From the NCBI GenBank assembly GCA_963790475.1, contig CAWBOS010000006.1:64001-128000 (forward strand): a stretch of 64,000 nucleotides of DNA, read 5' to 3'. This DNA is from an uncultured delta proteobacterium (GTDB lineage: Bacteria; Desulfobacterota; RBG-13-43-22). Under the pieces are notes generated by a model, which saw only the letters and a list, made by a program, of their open reading frames with translations, searched no databases and was not told the DNA's origin. A program made the position numbers and the translations under genes. Of the stretch, positions 53,450 to 62,326 are shown piece by piece (position 1 is the first letter of the stretch; each line of letters opens with the position of its first letter).

Positions 53450-56400
53450 ATGGTTTCCGTTTCAATGAAAAATACCTCTCCCAGATCCCAGCGCTGCAAC
53501 TCCTGATCAATCTGGGCTTTGAATACCTGCCCCCCTCGAAGGCGCTCGCCGCCCGCCAGGGAAAGACCGGCAACATCTTGCTGGAAGGGATTCTCAGAGA
53601 CCAGATCAAACGGATTAACCGGATCAACTACAAGGGGCATGAGTTTCTTTTCAGCGAGGAGAATATCCAGACAGCTATTCAGAAACTCAAGAACGTCAAA
53701 TATGACGGCCTGCTTAAGACCAACGAGGCTGTATATGATCTCATTACGCTGGGCACGGCCCTGGAACAGACCATCGAAGGCGATTCTAAAAGCTACAACC
53801 TGAACTACATCGACTGGCGTGTTTGGGAAAACAATGTCTTCCACGTCTTGGCCGAATACAGCGTGGAGCGCTCCCGCAGCACGGAAATAATCCGCCCCGA
53901 CATCGTTCTGTTTGTCAACGGCATCCCCCTGGCGGTCATCGAGTGCAAGTCCCCCAAGGTCGAAATCGAACAGGCCGTATCCCAGTCCATCCGCAATCAG
54001 GGTGATGATTACATCCCCAAGCTCTTTGCCTTTGTGCAGTTGGTGATGGGCCTCAATAAGAACACGGCCAAGTATGCAACTGTTGGTTCATCGGCTAAAT
54101 TCTGGAGCAACTGGAAGGAGCTGCGTGATAAAGAAAAGGAAAGTACTCGCTTTGTCCATAAAAATCTGACCGGCGAACAGAAAGAACAGCTCTTTAGCGG
54201 GGAGTTTGCCGTGGCCCAAACCTTTTTCGAAGCCCAGGAGGCCGAGGGGAACCGCCTAGTCACGGAGCAGGATAATACCCTCTATAGCCTATGCCGACCG
54301 GAACGACTGCTGGAGATGGCTTTCAAATTCACGGTCTTCGACGGCGGCATCAAGAAGATCGCCCACTATCAGCAATATTTTGTTGTTAAATCCACCCTGG
54401 AGCGGATCAAGCAATTCGACCGGCAAGGCCGGCGCAAGGGAGGCATCATCTGGCACACGCAGGGGTCGGGCAAATCGTTGAGCATGGTCATGTTGGCCAG
54501 AAATCTGGCCCTCGATCCGGGGACGCCCAATCCACGCATCGTACTGGTGACGGACCGCGACGATCTGGACAAGCAATTGAAAAATACCTTTGCCGCCTGC
54601 GGACTGGACCCGAACCGGGCGACTTCAGGAAAAAATCTGCTTGAATTGGTAGCGGAACAGAAGGCCGGCATCGTCACAACACTGATCCACAAGTTCGACA
54701 AGGCCTTGAATCAAAGAAAATATCAGGATGATTCCGCCGACATATTTATGCTGATCGATGAAAGCCATCGGACCAACTTCGGGTCCTTCTCGGTGCGGAT
54801 GCGCCAGATGTTTCCCAAGGCCTGCTATCTCGGCTTTACCGGCACCCCATTACTGAAAAAGGAGAAAAACAGCTTTGTCAAGTTTGGCGGATTGATCGAA
54901 CCGCACTACTCCATCCATCAGGCGGTGGAAGACCAATCCGTTGTCCCTCTGCTTTATGAAGGCCGCCATGTGGAAATGGAACAGAACAAATCAGCCATCG
55001 ACCTTTGGTTCGAACGCCACACCCAGGGCTTAACCCGTGAACAGAAGGCCGATCTGAAAAGGAAATATGCCCGTTCCGAGATGCTCAACAAAGCGGATCA
55101 GGTCATTTATATGCGGGCTTTCGACATCGGCGAGCACTATCGAGCGTCCTGGCAGGGCACAGGATTCAAGGCTCAGCTTGTTGCGCCCAGCAAGGCGGCG
55201 GCCCTGAAGTATCATGAACACCTGACCGATATCGGCTTCGTGACCTCCGAAGTACTTATTTCCCCGCCGGATGCCCGCGAAGGCTATGAGGAAACGGACG
55301 AAGAATCTACAGACGAGGTGGTCAAATTCTGGCAGAAAATGATGAAGCGCTTCGGCAAGGAGGATGAATACAACAAGCAGATCATCAACCAATTCAAGTT
55401 CGGATCGGAACCGGAAATTCTGATCGTGGTCAGTAAGCTGCTGACCGGTTTCGATGCGCCGCGCAATGTCGTCATTTACCTCTGTAAAGAGCTGAGGGAG
55501 CATTCGCTCTTGCAGGCCATTGCCCGAGTGAACCGGATATACGAAGATAAGGAATACGGCTACGTTATCGATTATGTGGGTCTGTTGGGGGAACTGGACA
55601 AGGCGTTGACCATGTACAGTGCTTTTGAAGGTTTTGACGAGGAAGACCTGGCGGACACACTGGCTTCGGTCAATGTTGAAGTGGAAAGGTTGCCCCAGCG
55701 ATACTCCGATCTCTGGGATCTCTTCAAGGAAGTTAAAAACAGCTATGACGAAGAGGCTTATGAAATACTTCTGGCTGATGACGCCCTGAGAAAAGAATTT
55801 TATCAAAGACTGGCCGAATATGCCAAAACCTTCGCCATTGCCCTGTCTACGGAAGCCTTTGTCATGGGCATAGACGAGGCCAAGCTGCGGCGCTATAAGG
55901 CCGATCTAAAGCGTTTCCAAAACCTGAAGGTCTCTGTGAAGCTTCGCTATGCCGAAGCGATAGACTACCGCGATTATGAGCCGAAGATCAAAAAACTACT
56001 CGACACGCACATCCAGGCCAACGAAGTCATAAAGTTAAATGAGCCGGTGAACATCTTCGACAGTACTACTTTTTCAATGGTGAAAGAGGAACAAAGCGTC
56101 TACGGGAAAACCACGGCGTCTAAGGCCGACGCCATTGCCTACGCGACCAGGAAGGTCATCACGGAAAAGATGGAAGAAGATCCGGCTTTTTATGAGAAGT
56201 TTTCCAAGCTGATCCAACAGGCCATAGAGGGTTTTCGGGCGAGGCGATTTTCCGATCTGGATTATCTGAATCGGGTTATGGAGATCCGCAGCAAAGTCGT
56301 GACTCGTCATCATGATGATGTTCCTGAGAAACTTTCCGGAAATGAGAATGCCATGGCCTACTACGGTGTTCTGAAACCTTTCTTCGCTAACCATCCGATT

Positions 56401-56643
56401 CCCCCGGAACGATGTGATTCGATCGCCGCAGACACCGCCTTGGCCATCGATGCTATCCTGATCCGCCACTGGAAGGTACAGTTCTGGGAAGATGAAGATG
56501 CCCAGAATCAAGCCATCAATGATATCGACGATTATCTCTTTGACGAGGTAAAAGGCAAGGCGGGTGTGGAGATCAGCCTTGGGCAAATGGACGCTCTCAT
56601 TGAACGGACAATGCAGGTTGCCAAAAGCAGGAGCGGAAAATGA
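53437..56643 (+). CDS. hsdR: Type I restriction endonuclease subunit R
   Basis: RPDIVLFVNGIPL.VIECK nuclease, HTQGSGKS, DESHR, FTGTP, LLTGFD, QAIARVNR. Confidence 0.96.
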   Translation: MDDVNGFRFNEKYLSQIPALQLLINLGFEYLPPSKALAARQGKTGNILLEGILRDQIKRINRINYKGHEFLFSEENIQTAIQKLKNVKYDGLLKTNEAVYDLITLGTALEQTIEGDSKSYNLNYIDWRVWENNVFHVLAEYSVERSRSTEIIRPDIVLFVNGIPLAVIECKSPKVEIEQAVSQSIRNQGDDYIPKLFAFVQLVMGLNKNTAKYATVGSSAKFWSNWKELRDKEKESTRFVHKNLTGEQKEQLFSGEFAVAQTFFEAQEAEGNRLVTEQDNTLYSLCRPERLLEMAFKFTVFDGGIKKIAHYQQYFVVKSTLERIKQFDRQGRRKGGIIWHTQGSGKSLSMVMLARNLALDPGTPNPRIVLVTDRDDLDKQLKNTFAACGLDPNRATSGKNLLELVAEQKAGIVTTLIHKFDKALNQRKYQDDSADIFMLIDESHRTNFGSFSVRMRQMFPKACYLGFTGTPLLKKEKNSFVKFGGLIEPHYSIHQAVEDQSVVPLLYEGRHVEMEQNKSAIDLWFERHTQGLTREQKADLKRKYARSEMLNKADQVIYMRAFDIGEHYRASWQGTGFKAQLVAPSKAAALKYHEHLTDIGFVTSEVLISPPDAREGYEETDEESTDEVVKFWQKMMKRFGKEDEYNKQIINQFKFGSEPEILIVVSKLLTGFDAPRNVVIYLCKELREHSLLQAIARVNRIYEDKEYGYVIDYVGLLGELDKALTMYSAFEGFDEEDLADTLASVNVEVERLPQRYSDLWDLFKEVKNSYDEEAYEILLADDALRKEFYQRLAEYAKTFAIALSTEAFVMGIDEAKLRRYKADLKRFQNLKVSVKLRYAEAIDYRDYEPKIKKLLDTHIQANEVIKLNEPVNIFDSTTFSMVKEEQSVYGKTTASKADAIAYATRKVITEKMEEDPAFYEKFSKLIQQAIEGFRARRFSDLDYLNRVMEIRSKVVTRHHDDVPEKLSGNENAMAYYGVLKPFFANHPIPPERCDSIAADTALAIDAILIRHWKVQFWEDEDAQNQAINDIDDYLFDEVKGKAGVEISLGQMDALIERTMQVAKSRSGK

Positions 56644-57353
56644 GCTTGTCCCGCGGGGTCATCGCCTATGGCAAGGATAACATAGAATTTACCTGGTTCT
56701 ATGTCGATAGGAAGACATTGGAAATCGCCGTTCATCCCGATCAGACGGTAGTCATCAGAGCACCGCTTGGTACCGAGATCGAAGAAATACAAAAAAGGGT
56801 CGTCAGGCGAGCTGCCTGGATCATGAAGCAGCGTGTATTTTTTCGGCAATTTGATCCCAGGACGCCCGCAAGACGATATGTCGGAGGAGAAACACACTTG
56901 TACCTTGGGAAACATTATCGCCTCCGAATCAGAAAAGGGGATCAGGATGCCGTCAAGCTGATCAAAGGCTTTTTTGAAATTCGAGTTCAGGGGTGCATTT
57001 CCTCGGAAAAGGTCAAATGTTTGTTGGAAGGGTGGTACAAGGAAAAGGCAGTGCGGAAGTTTAATGAAAGCACAGACCGGTGCTGGCCTTTTGTAGAGAA
57101 ACCTTCATCGGTAAAACCAGAACTGCAGGTCAGGCTTATGCGGAAGCGCTGGGGGAGTTTTTCCGCAAACGGCAGGCTGACATTGAATGCCGATTTAATC
57201 AGAGCCCCCAAGGAATGTATCGATTACGTAATTGTCCATGAGTTAAGCCATCTGCGATACGACAACCACGGTTCCGAGTTTTACAAATTCCTGGACAAAG
57301 TAATGCCCGATTGGGAAAAAAGGAAGCACAGGCTGGAAGTAACCTTGGCTTAA
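56640..57353 (+). CDS. M48/SprT-like zinc metalloprotease (YgjP/DUF45)
   Basis: KRWGS, IDYVIVHELSHL..NH, typical hsdR neighbour. Confidence 0.9.
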   Translation: MSLSRGVIAYGKDNIEFTWFYVDRKTLEIAVHPDQTVVIRAPLGTEIEEIQKRVVRRAAWIMKQRVFFRQFDPRTPARRYVGGETHLYLGKHYRLRIRKGDQDAVKLIKGFFEIRVQGCISSEKVKCLLEGWYKEKAVRKFNESTDRCWPFVEKPSSVKPELQVRLMRKRWGSFSANGRLTLNADLIRAPKECIDYVIVHELSHLRYDNHGSEFYKFLDKVMPDWEKRKHRLEVTLA

Positions 57354-57420
57354 TGTTGATAAAGTTCACTTCTCACCTTCAAAAATAAGGTTCCAAAAAG
57401 ATAATACAGAGGTCACAAAA

Positions 57421-57705
57421 ATGCCTTTAATAAAAGTAAAAAAGAATTACCAGATCACCCTCCCCACTGGCTTGAGAAGGATGTTAAAGATTGCCGAGGG
57501 GGATTATCTGGAGGTTGAGAGGCAGAACAATGCGCTGGTATTGAAGCCGGTAAAAATGATACACCCCGACCAGGCCTATTTCTACAGTAAGGAATGGCAG
57601 GAAGGCGAGAAAAAGGCGGACAAAAATATTGCCAAGGGCGAAGTCTTGGGTCCTTTCAGCAAAATCAAAGACGGCCTTAAGGCCTTGAAGACCGTTAAAA
57701 TATGA
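57421..57705 (+). CDS. AbrB/MazE-family antitoxin
   Basis: KVKKNYQITLP..LR..LKI.EGDYL, DQAYFYSKEWQ.GE. Confidence 0.85.
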   Translation: MPLIKVKKNYQITLPTGLRRMLKIAEGDYLEVERQNNALVLKPVKMIHPDQAYFYSKEWQEGEKKADKNIAKGEVLGPFSKIKDGLKALKTVKI

Positions 57706-57957
57706 AGTTTCTTTTATCAAAAACTTCGTCTGGGAATTCCGAAAGCTGCCCCAGGAGATCCAGAAATCCGTTGATAAACAGCTTGAATTGCTAATGGAGA
57801 ATCCAAAACATCCGTCTTTGAATTTGAAAAAATGCAAGACCCCCGGGGCATTTGGGAGTGTCGGGTTACCTACTCTTATCGGTTTACCTTTCAATTAGAA
57901 GATGATACTTATATTTTACGAAAAGTCGGGACCCATGACACTTTAAAGAATCCTTAA
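57702..57957 (+). pseudogene. RelE/YafQ-like toxin with two 1-bp frameshifts
   Basis: ATGA overlap with the antitoxin; reconstructed ..FRKLPQEIQKSVDKQLELLMENPKHPSL.LKKMQDPRGIWECRVTYSYRFTF..ILRKVGTHD. Confidence 0.75.
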
Positions 57958-58121
57958 ATTAAGAAAATAACGCTGAAGTCCTGGCTGAAGGGTTCTGAGG
58001 GGGTCGCACCGACCAACCCATAACGCCAGCAATCTTCTAATAGAAAGGCTGGTCCATGAAGCAGTCCAACAAGACCCCATTTTTTTAAAACAAGGATATG
58101 GAGTTTTTGTTTTCAAACTGA

Positions 58122-58343
<222 letters not shown>

Positions 58344-58346
58344 CCC

Positions 58347-59393
58347 ATGAAATCTTTTGAAAACAATTATCTCGAAAAACATCGCTTGCCGCATTCTCTG
58401 TTGCGAACTATCCGATTGTTGGGTGAATATCGCGGAAAAGAATCGCTTTTTAAACAGCAGACGCCCCAAGTGCTTGAATCCTTGCGCCAGGCGGCTGTGA
58501 TCCAGAGCACCGAATCCTCCAACCGTATCGAGGGAATAGAAGCCCCGGCCGAGAGAATCAAGAAAATCGTGGAGCAAAAGACCACGCCGAAGAATCGATC
58601 CGAACAGGAGATCGCAGGATATCGTGATGCACTGGCGACGATTCACGCCAACTCTCCTAACATGCCCTTTACCCCAGGCCTTGTTCTTCAACTCCACCGC
58701 GATCTTTATCAGTTCGTCCCCCAGCAGGGCGGACACTGGAAGATGACGGACAATGAGATTTCCGAGACTAACGCCGACGGCACAAAGGTTACCCGGTTCA
58801 GACCGATTCCCGCCCATCAAACACCCGAGGCCATGGATAGGCTCCATACCCTTTTTAAGGAACAATGGGACCGGGGAGAAATCGATCCACTGCTGTTGAT
58901 TCCGGCTTATGTGCTCGATTTCCTCTGCATCCATCCATTCACCGATGGTAACGGGAGGATGGCACGGCTGCTGACTCTGCTTCTCCTCTATCAAGCCGGT
59001 TTTGAAGTTGGCCGTTACATCAGTTTGGAACATCTAATCGAGAACCAGCGGGAAGGGTACTACGATGCGCTCTACAAATCTTCCCAAGGGTGGCACGATG
59101 GCGAACATTCATTATTGCCCTGGTGGGAATATTTTCTGGGCGTTATGTTATTTGGATCATACCGGGAGTTCGAACGTCGAGTAGGATTGATCACCACCGG
59201 GAGGGGCACAAAAACGGCAATGATATCGGATGCTATAGGTCATTTCGTTGGGGATTTCTCCATACGCGATATTCAAGATAAGTGTCCCAATGTCGGGATA
59301 GATTTGATTCGCCGTATCCTTAAGGAGCAGAGAGAGTTAGGGAAACTTGAGTGTTTGGGTAGAGGGCCAAACGCCAAATGGAAGAATAGATAA
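58347..59393 (+). CDS. Fic-domain protein
   Basis: HPFTDGNGRMAR canonical motif; STESSNRIEG inhibitory-helix-like motif; C-terminal wHTH-like segment. Confidence 0.93.
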   Translation: MKSFENNYLEKHRLPHSLLRTIRLLGEYRGKESLFKQQTPQVLESLRQAAVIQSTESSNRIEGIEAPAERIKKIVEQKTTPKNRSEQEIAGYRDALATIHANSPNMPFTPGLVLQLHRDLYQFVPQQGGHWKMTDNEISETNADGTKVTRFRPIPAHQTPEAMDRLHTLFKEQWDRGEIDPLLLIPAYVLDFLCIHPFTDGNGRMARLLTLLLLYQAGFEVGRYISLEHLIENQREGYYDALYKSSQGWHDGEHSLLPWWEYFLGVMLFGSYREFERRVGLITTGRGTKTAMISDAIGHFVGDFSIRDIQDKCPNVGIDLIRRILKEQRELGKLECLGRGPNAKWKNR

Positions 59394-59498
59394 AATACCC
59401 ATTTAATAGGTATTGAACCATGGTAAATACCTATATAATAACTCAAGAACATTCCACCAATCCTGTTACATACGGTTTCCATCTCAAAATTTTGAGGC

Positions 59499-59530
59499 TT
59501 ATCTTGATTATCTTGTATCTTGTTATCTTG
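59499..59530. repeat. Four imperfect tandem TATCTTG repeats
   Basis: TTATCTTG ATTATCTTG TATCTTG TTATCTTG. Confidence 0.6.
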
Positions 59531-59814
59531 GGCCACGACAACTTGTTGATTATTCAAAGTTAATGTCCTGGAAGTAGGTGTTTTCACGGCCTATATCGAC
59601 TTTTTCTGGCCCCAAAAGAGTTTTATAGAAAGTATCCCCTTCCCGGAGTTGGCACCCTCCACCGCCTTCTAAGAGACCGTGCCCATGTTGAACCCTTTTT
59701 CTCGTCGAGGTTCGGGGCGAAGATGGCCAACACGCTCAGGGAGATCGACCGATGACCTCATTAAATCATGCGGCAACTGTCAAGTAATACTTGTAAGTTC
59801 ATTATGCTCTTTTT

Positions 59815-59925
59815 ATGGAGGGAAAGAGACACTCCCAAGCGCTACTGGTCCGATCTCAAACACAAAATGGCTCTGGAATCGGGCGTGGTTCAACCGTTCG
59901 AAAAAATCGTACGGTTGAAATTGAG
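59815..59925 (+). pseudogene. Second Bro-N-like fragment
   Basis: TPKRYWSDLKHKMALESGVVQPFEKIVRLKL, similar to the 50984 fragment. Confidence 0.45.
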
Positions 59926-60006
59926 TAAATCCGGGGCTATACTTATTTATGTTCCCAGTTCAGGAAGGACTCCGCCGGAATTCAAATTAATAAAGGAAGG
60001 TCTATT

Positions 60007-60702
60007 ATGAATCGTACCGTTCTTATTACCGGATCGACTCGGGGAATCGGCCTGCAGACCGCCGCCGAATTTTTGAAAAACGGGGGTCAGGTGGTTATTT
60101 TCAGCCGGGAGAAAGAGCATGTCGAAGAGGCCAGGAAGCGTCTCTTGGCCTTCGGGAAAAAAGAGGCCCTCTTAAGTCTGGTCGGCGACGTTCGAAAACA
60201 AAAGGATGTGGAAAGGATCGTCCAACAGTCCCTTAAGCGCTTCGACCGGATTGATGTCTTGATCAACAACGCCGGGGTCGGTGTCTACAGGCGGGTCGAA
60301 GAGACAACGGAGGAGGAGTGGGATCACATTATCAATACCAATTTAAAGGGGACCTTTCTATTTTTGCGGCAGATCATCCCCGTCATGAAACGGCAGGGAA
60401 AAGGGATCATCGTTAATATTTCCTCAGGCCTGGGGGTAGAAGGGATGGCCAATTTTTCGGCTTATTGTGCTTCGAAATTCGGGGTGGTCGGTTTGACCAA
60501 GGCCATCGGCGATGAATTGTCTGACTCTGCCATTCGGATTTATGCCGTGCTTCCCGGCGCAGTGAATACCACCTTGCTGGCCGATAGCGGCTTTCAGATG
60601 GACCCCTCGGACCTGCTCAGGCCAGAATATGTCGCCCATAAAATATTCGGGGTGGCCCAAGGCAGGAGAAGATCAGGGTCTTTGATTACCGTCTATTCCT
60701 GA
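60007..60702 (+). CDS. Short-chain dehydrogenase/reductase
   Basis: TGSTRGIG, NNAG, YCASK. Confidence 0.95.
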   Translation: MNRTVLITGSTRGIGLQTAAEFLKNGGQVVIFSREKEHVEEARKRLLAFGKKEALLSLVGDVRKQKDVERIVQQSLKRFDRIDVLINNAGVGVYRRVEETTEEEWDHIINTNLKGTFLFLRQIIPVMKRQGKGIIVNISSGLGVEGMANFSAYCASKFGVVGLTKAIGDELSDSAIRIYAVLPGAVNTTLLADSGFQMDPSDLLRPEYVAHKIFGVAQGRRRSGSLITVYS

Positions 60703-60796
60703 AGGAAGGTCCATAGTCCATTGCTGAGAATCGGGGACTGAGATCCCTATTCTCTTGAGAGTGGATTTTTAATATGCTGGCCCCCTACGATAATCC

Positions 60797-62008
60797 ATGA
60801 AAATCGTCCTGGTAACATTCGGATCGCGCGGTGATGTCCAACCCATGCTGGCCCTGGCCTTGACCATTCAACGGGAAGGGCATGATGTTCTTCTGGCGGG
60901 GCCTCCGGAGAGGGCGGAATGGGCCCGAGAATACGGCTGCTCCTATCATCCCTTGGGGAACAATCTTACGGCCTTCGTTGACCGGTTGCCTCAGGCCCAT
61001 ACCCTTGGATCGGGTTTTCGTTTTGTCTCCTATATCCATAAAGAGGTGACCGCTCAATTTGAGGTGCTTCGAGAAATCATTAAAGGGGCTGACCTGGTTA
61101 TCGGCGCTTCCCTGGTTTTGGCACTGTCAACAGTGGCCGAGCATATGGGAATCCCTTATCGCTTTATCGCCTTTTGTCCCCAAGTATTGCCCTCGAGCCA
61201 TCATCCCTATCCGGCCATCAAAACCCAGGTTTTTCCGGGAGGGCTTAACCGGATAACCTGGGGGATGGGGCGAATCATAGGTCGAATCAGTCTATCGCCG
61301 ATGTTAAATAAAAAACGGAAGAATCTGGGGCTCAAACCGGTTGAAGATCCGTGGCTTCATGTTTTGGGTCAAGGGGTTATTGTGGCCTCTGATAAGGAGA
61401 TCGTTGGGCTGCCCGATGACCTGGAAATCAGCGCCACCCAAACCGGCTATTTACATTTGTTACAACACAGGACTTCCAATCCATCCTTGGAAAGATTTTT
61501 TGATTCCGGCCCGCCTCCGGTGTACGCCGGATTCGGAAGTATGCCCCGGTCGGATCAGGCCGGCAATGTATCCATGATTGTGGATGCGGCTCGATCGATC
61601 GGGCAACGGGCGATCATAGCCAAATTCTGGGATGGACCGTCCGATTTCTCAAATGCAGAGGACGTTTTTCTTCTAAGAGGATATCCTCACCTGGAGTTGT
61701 TTCCTAAGGTAAGTATGGTAATCCATCACGGCGGGGCCGGGACCACGGCAACTTCAGCCATCAGCGGTGTACCGCAGATCGTCGTACCTCATATCCTGGA
61801 TCAATATTATTGGGGACATCAGGTTTTTCGATCCCAACTTGGACCAAAGCCCATAAGGCGTTCCAGAATATCGAGTCGAAGACTCGCCAGCGCAATGCTC
61901 GAATGTTTGACCAATGACCGGATGCGGGAAAAGGCCAAGGATATCTCAAGTCAGATAAGACAAAGGGATAGTCTGGGATTGACTTTTAGGGCACTTTCAT
62001 TATCATAG
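60797..62008 (+). CDS. GT-B glycosyltransferase (GT1/GT28, sterol-glucosyltransferase-like)
   Basis: GSRGDVQP, GFGSM, HHGGAGTT, DQYYW. Confidence 0.92.
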   Translation: MKIVLVTFGSRGDVQPMLALALTIQREGHDVLLAGPPERAEWAREYGCSYHPLGNNLTAFVDRLPQAHTLGSGFRFVSYIHKEVTAQFEVLREIIKGADLVIGASLVLALSTVAEHMGIPYRFIAFCPQVLPSSHHPYPAIKTQVFPGGLNRITWGMGRIIGRISLSPMLNKKRKNLGLKPVEDPWLHVLGQGVIVASDKEIVGLPDDLEISATQTGYLHLLQHRTSNPSLERFFDSGPPPVYAGFGSMPRSDQAGNVSMIVDAARSIGQRAIIAKFWDGPSDFSNAEDVFLLRGYPHLELFPKVSMVIHHGGAGTTATSAISGVPQIVVPHILDQYYWGHQVFRSQLGPKPIRRSRISSRRLASAMLECLTNDRMREKAKDISSQIRQRDSLGLTFRALSLS

Positions 62009-62117
62009 AAAAAAAGGGGGCCAGGCCGAAAAAGGGATTGAAGAAGAATTGGCGAATTAATAAAAAACTCCCCTTGAATATCTATTTTTAAAAAAACTTA
62101 GTTGGCAGGTCATCATA

Positions 62118-62261
62118 ATGCCCATTTCCTGTATCGAACACCGTGAAACCATGCAGTTGCTGGCTTTAAAGAAGAAGCTGGCCGAGGAAAAATTGGAACC
62201 CGCGGAGCGGAAAGAGTTGGAAGAGTTGATCCGAAAACTGGAAGAAAAGTTGGGATTATAA
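62118..62261 (+). CDS. Small 47-aa helical hypothetical protein
   Basis: MPISCIEHRETMQLLALKKKLAEEKLEPAERKELEELIRKLEEKLGL; clean ORF with coiled-coil periodicity, below the ORF track cutoff. Confidence 0.55.
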   Translation: MPISCIEHRETMQLLALKKKLAEEKLEPAERKELEELIRKLEEKLGL

Positions 62262-62326
62262 AAAACTCGGGTTCTTAGGTTTTAGGGTTGGGTCCAAGGT
62301 AAGGGGTCATGGTCCCTGCTCGTCAT

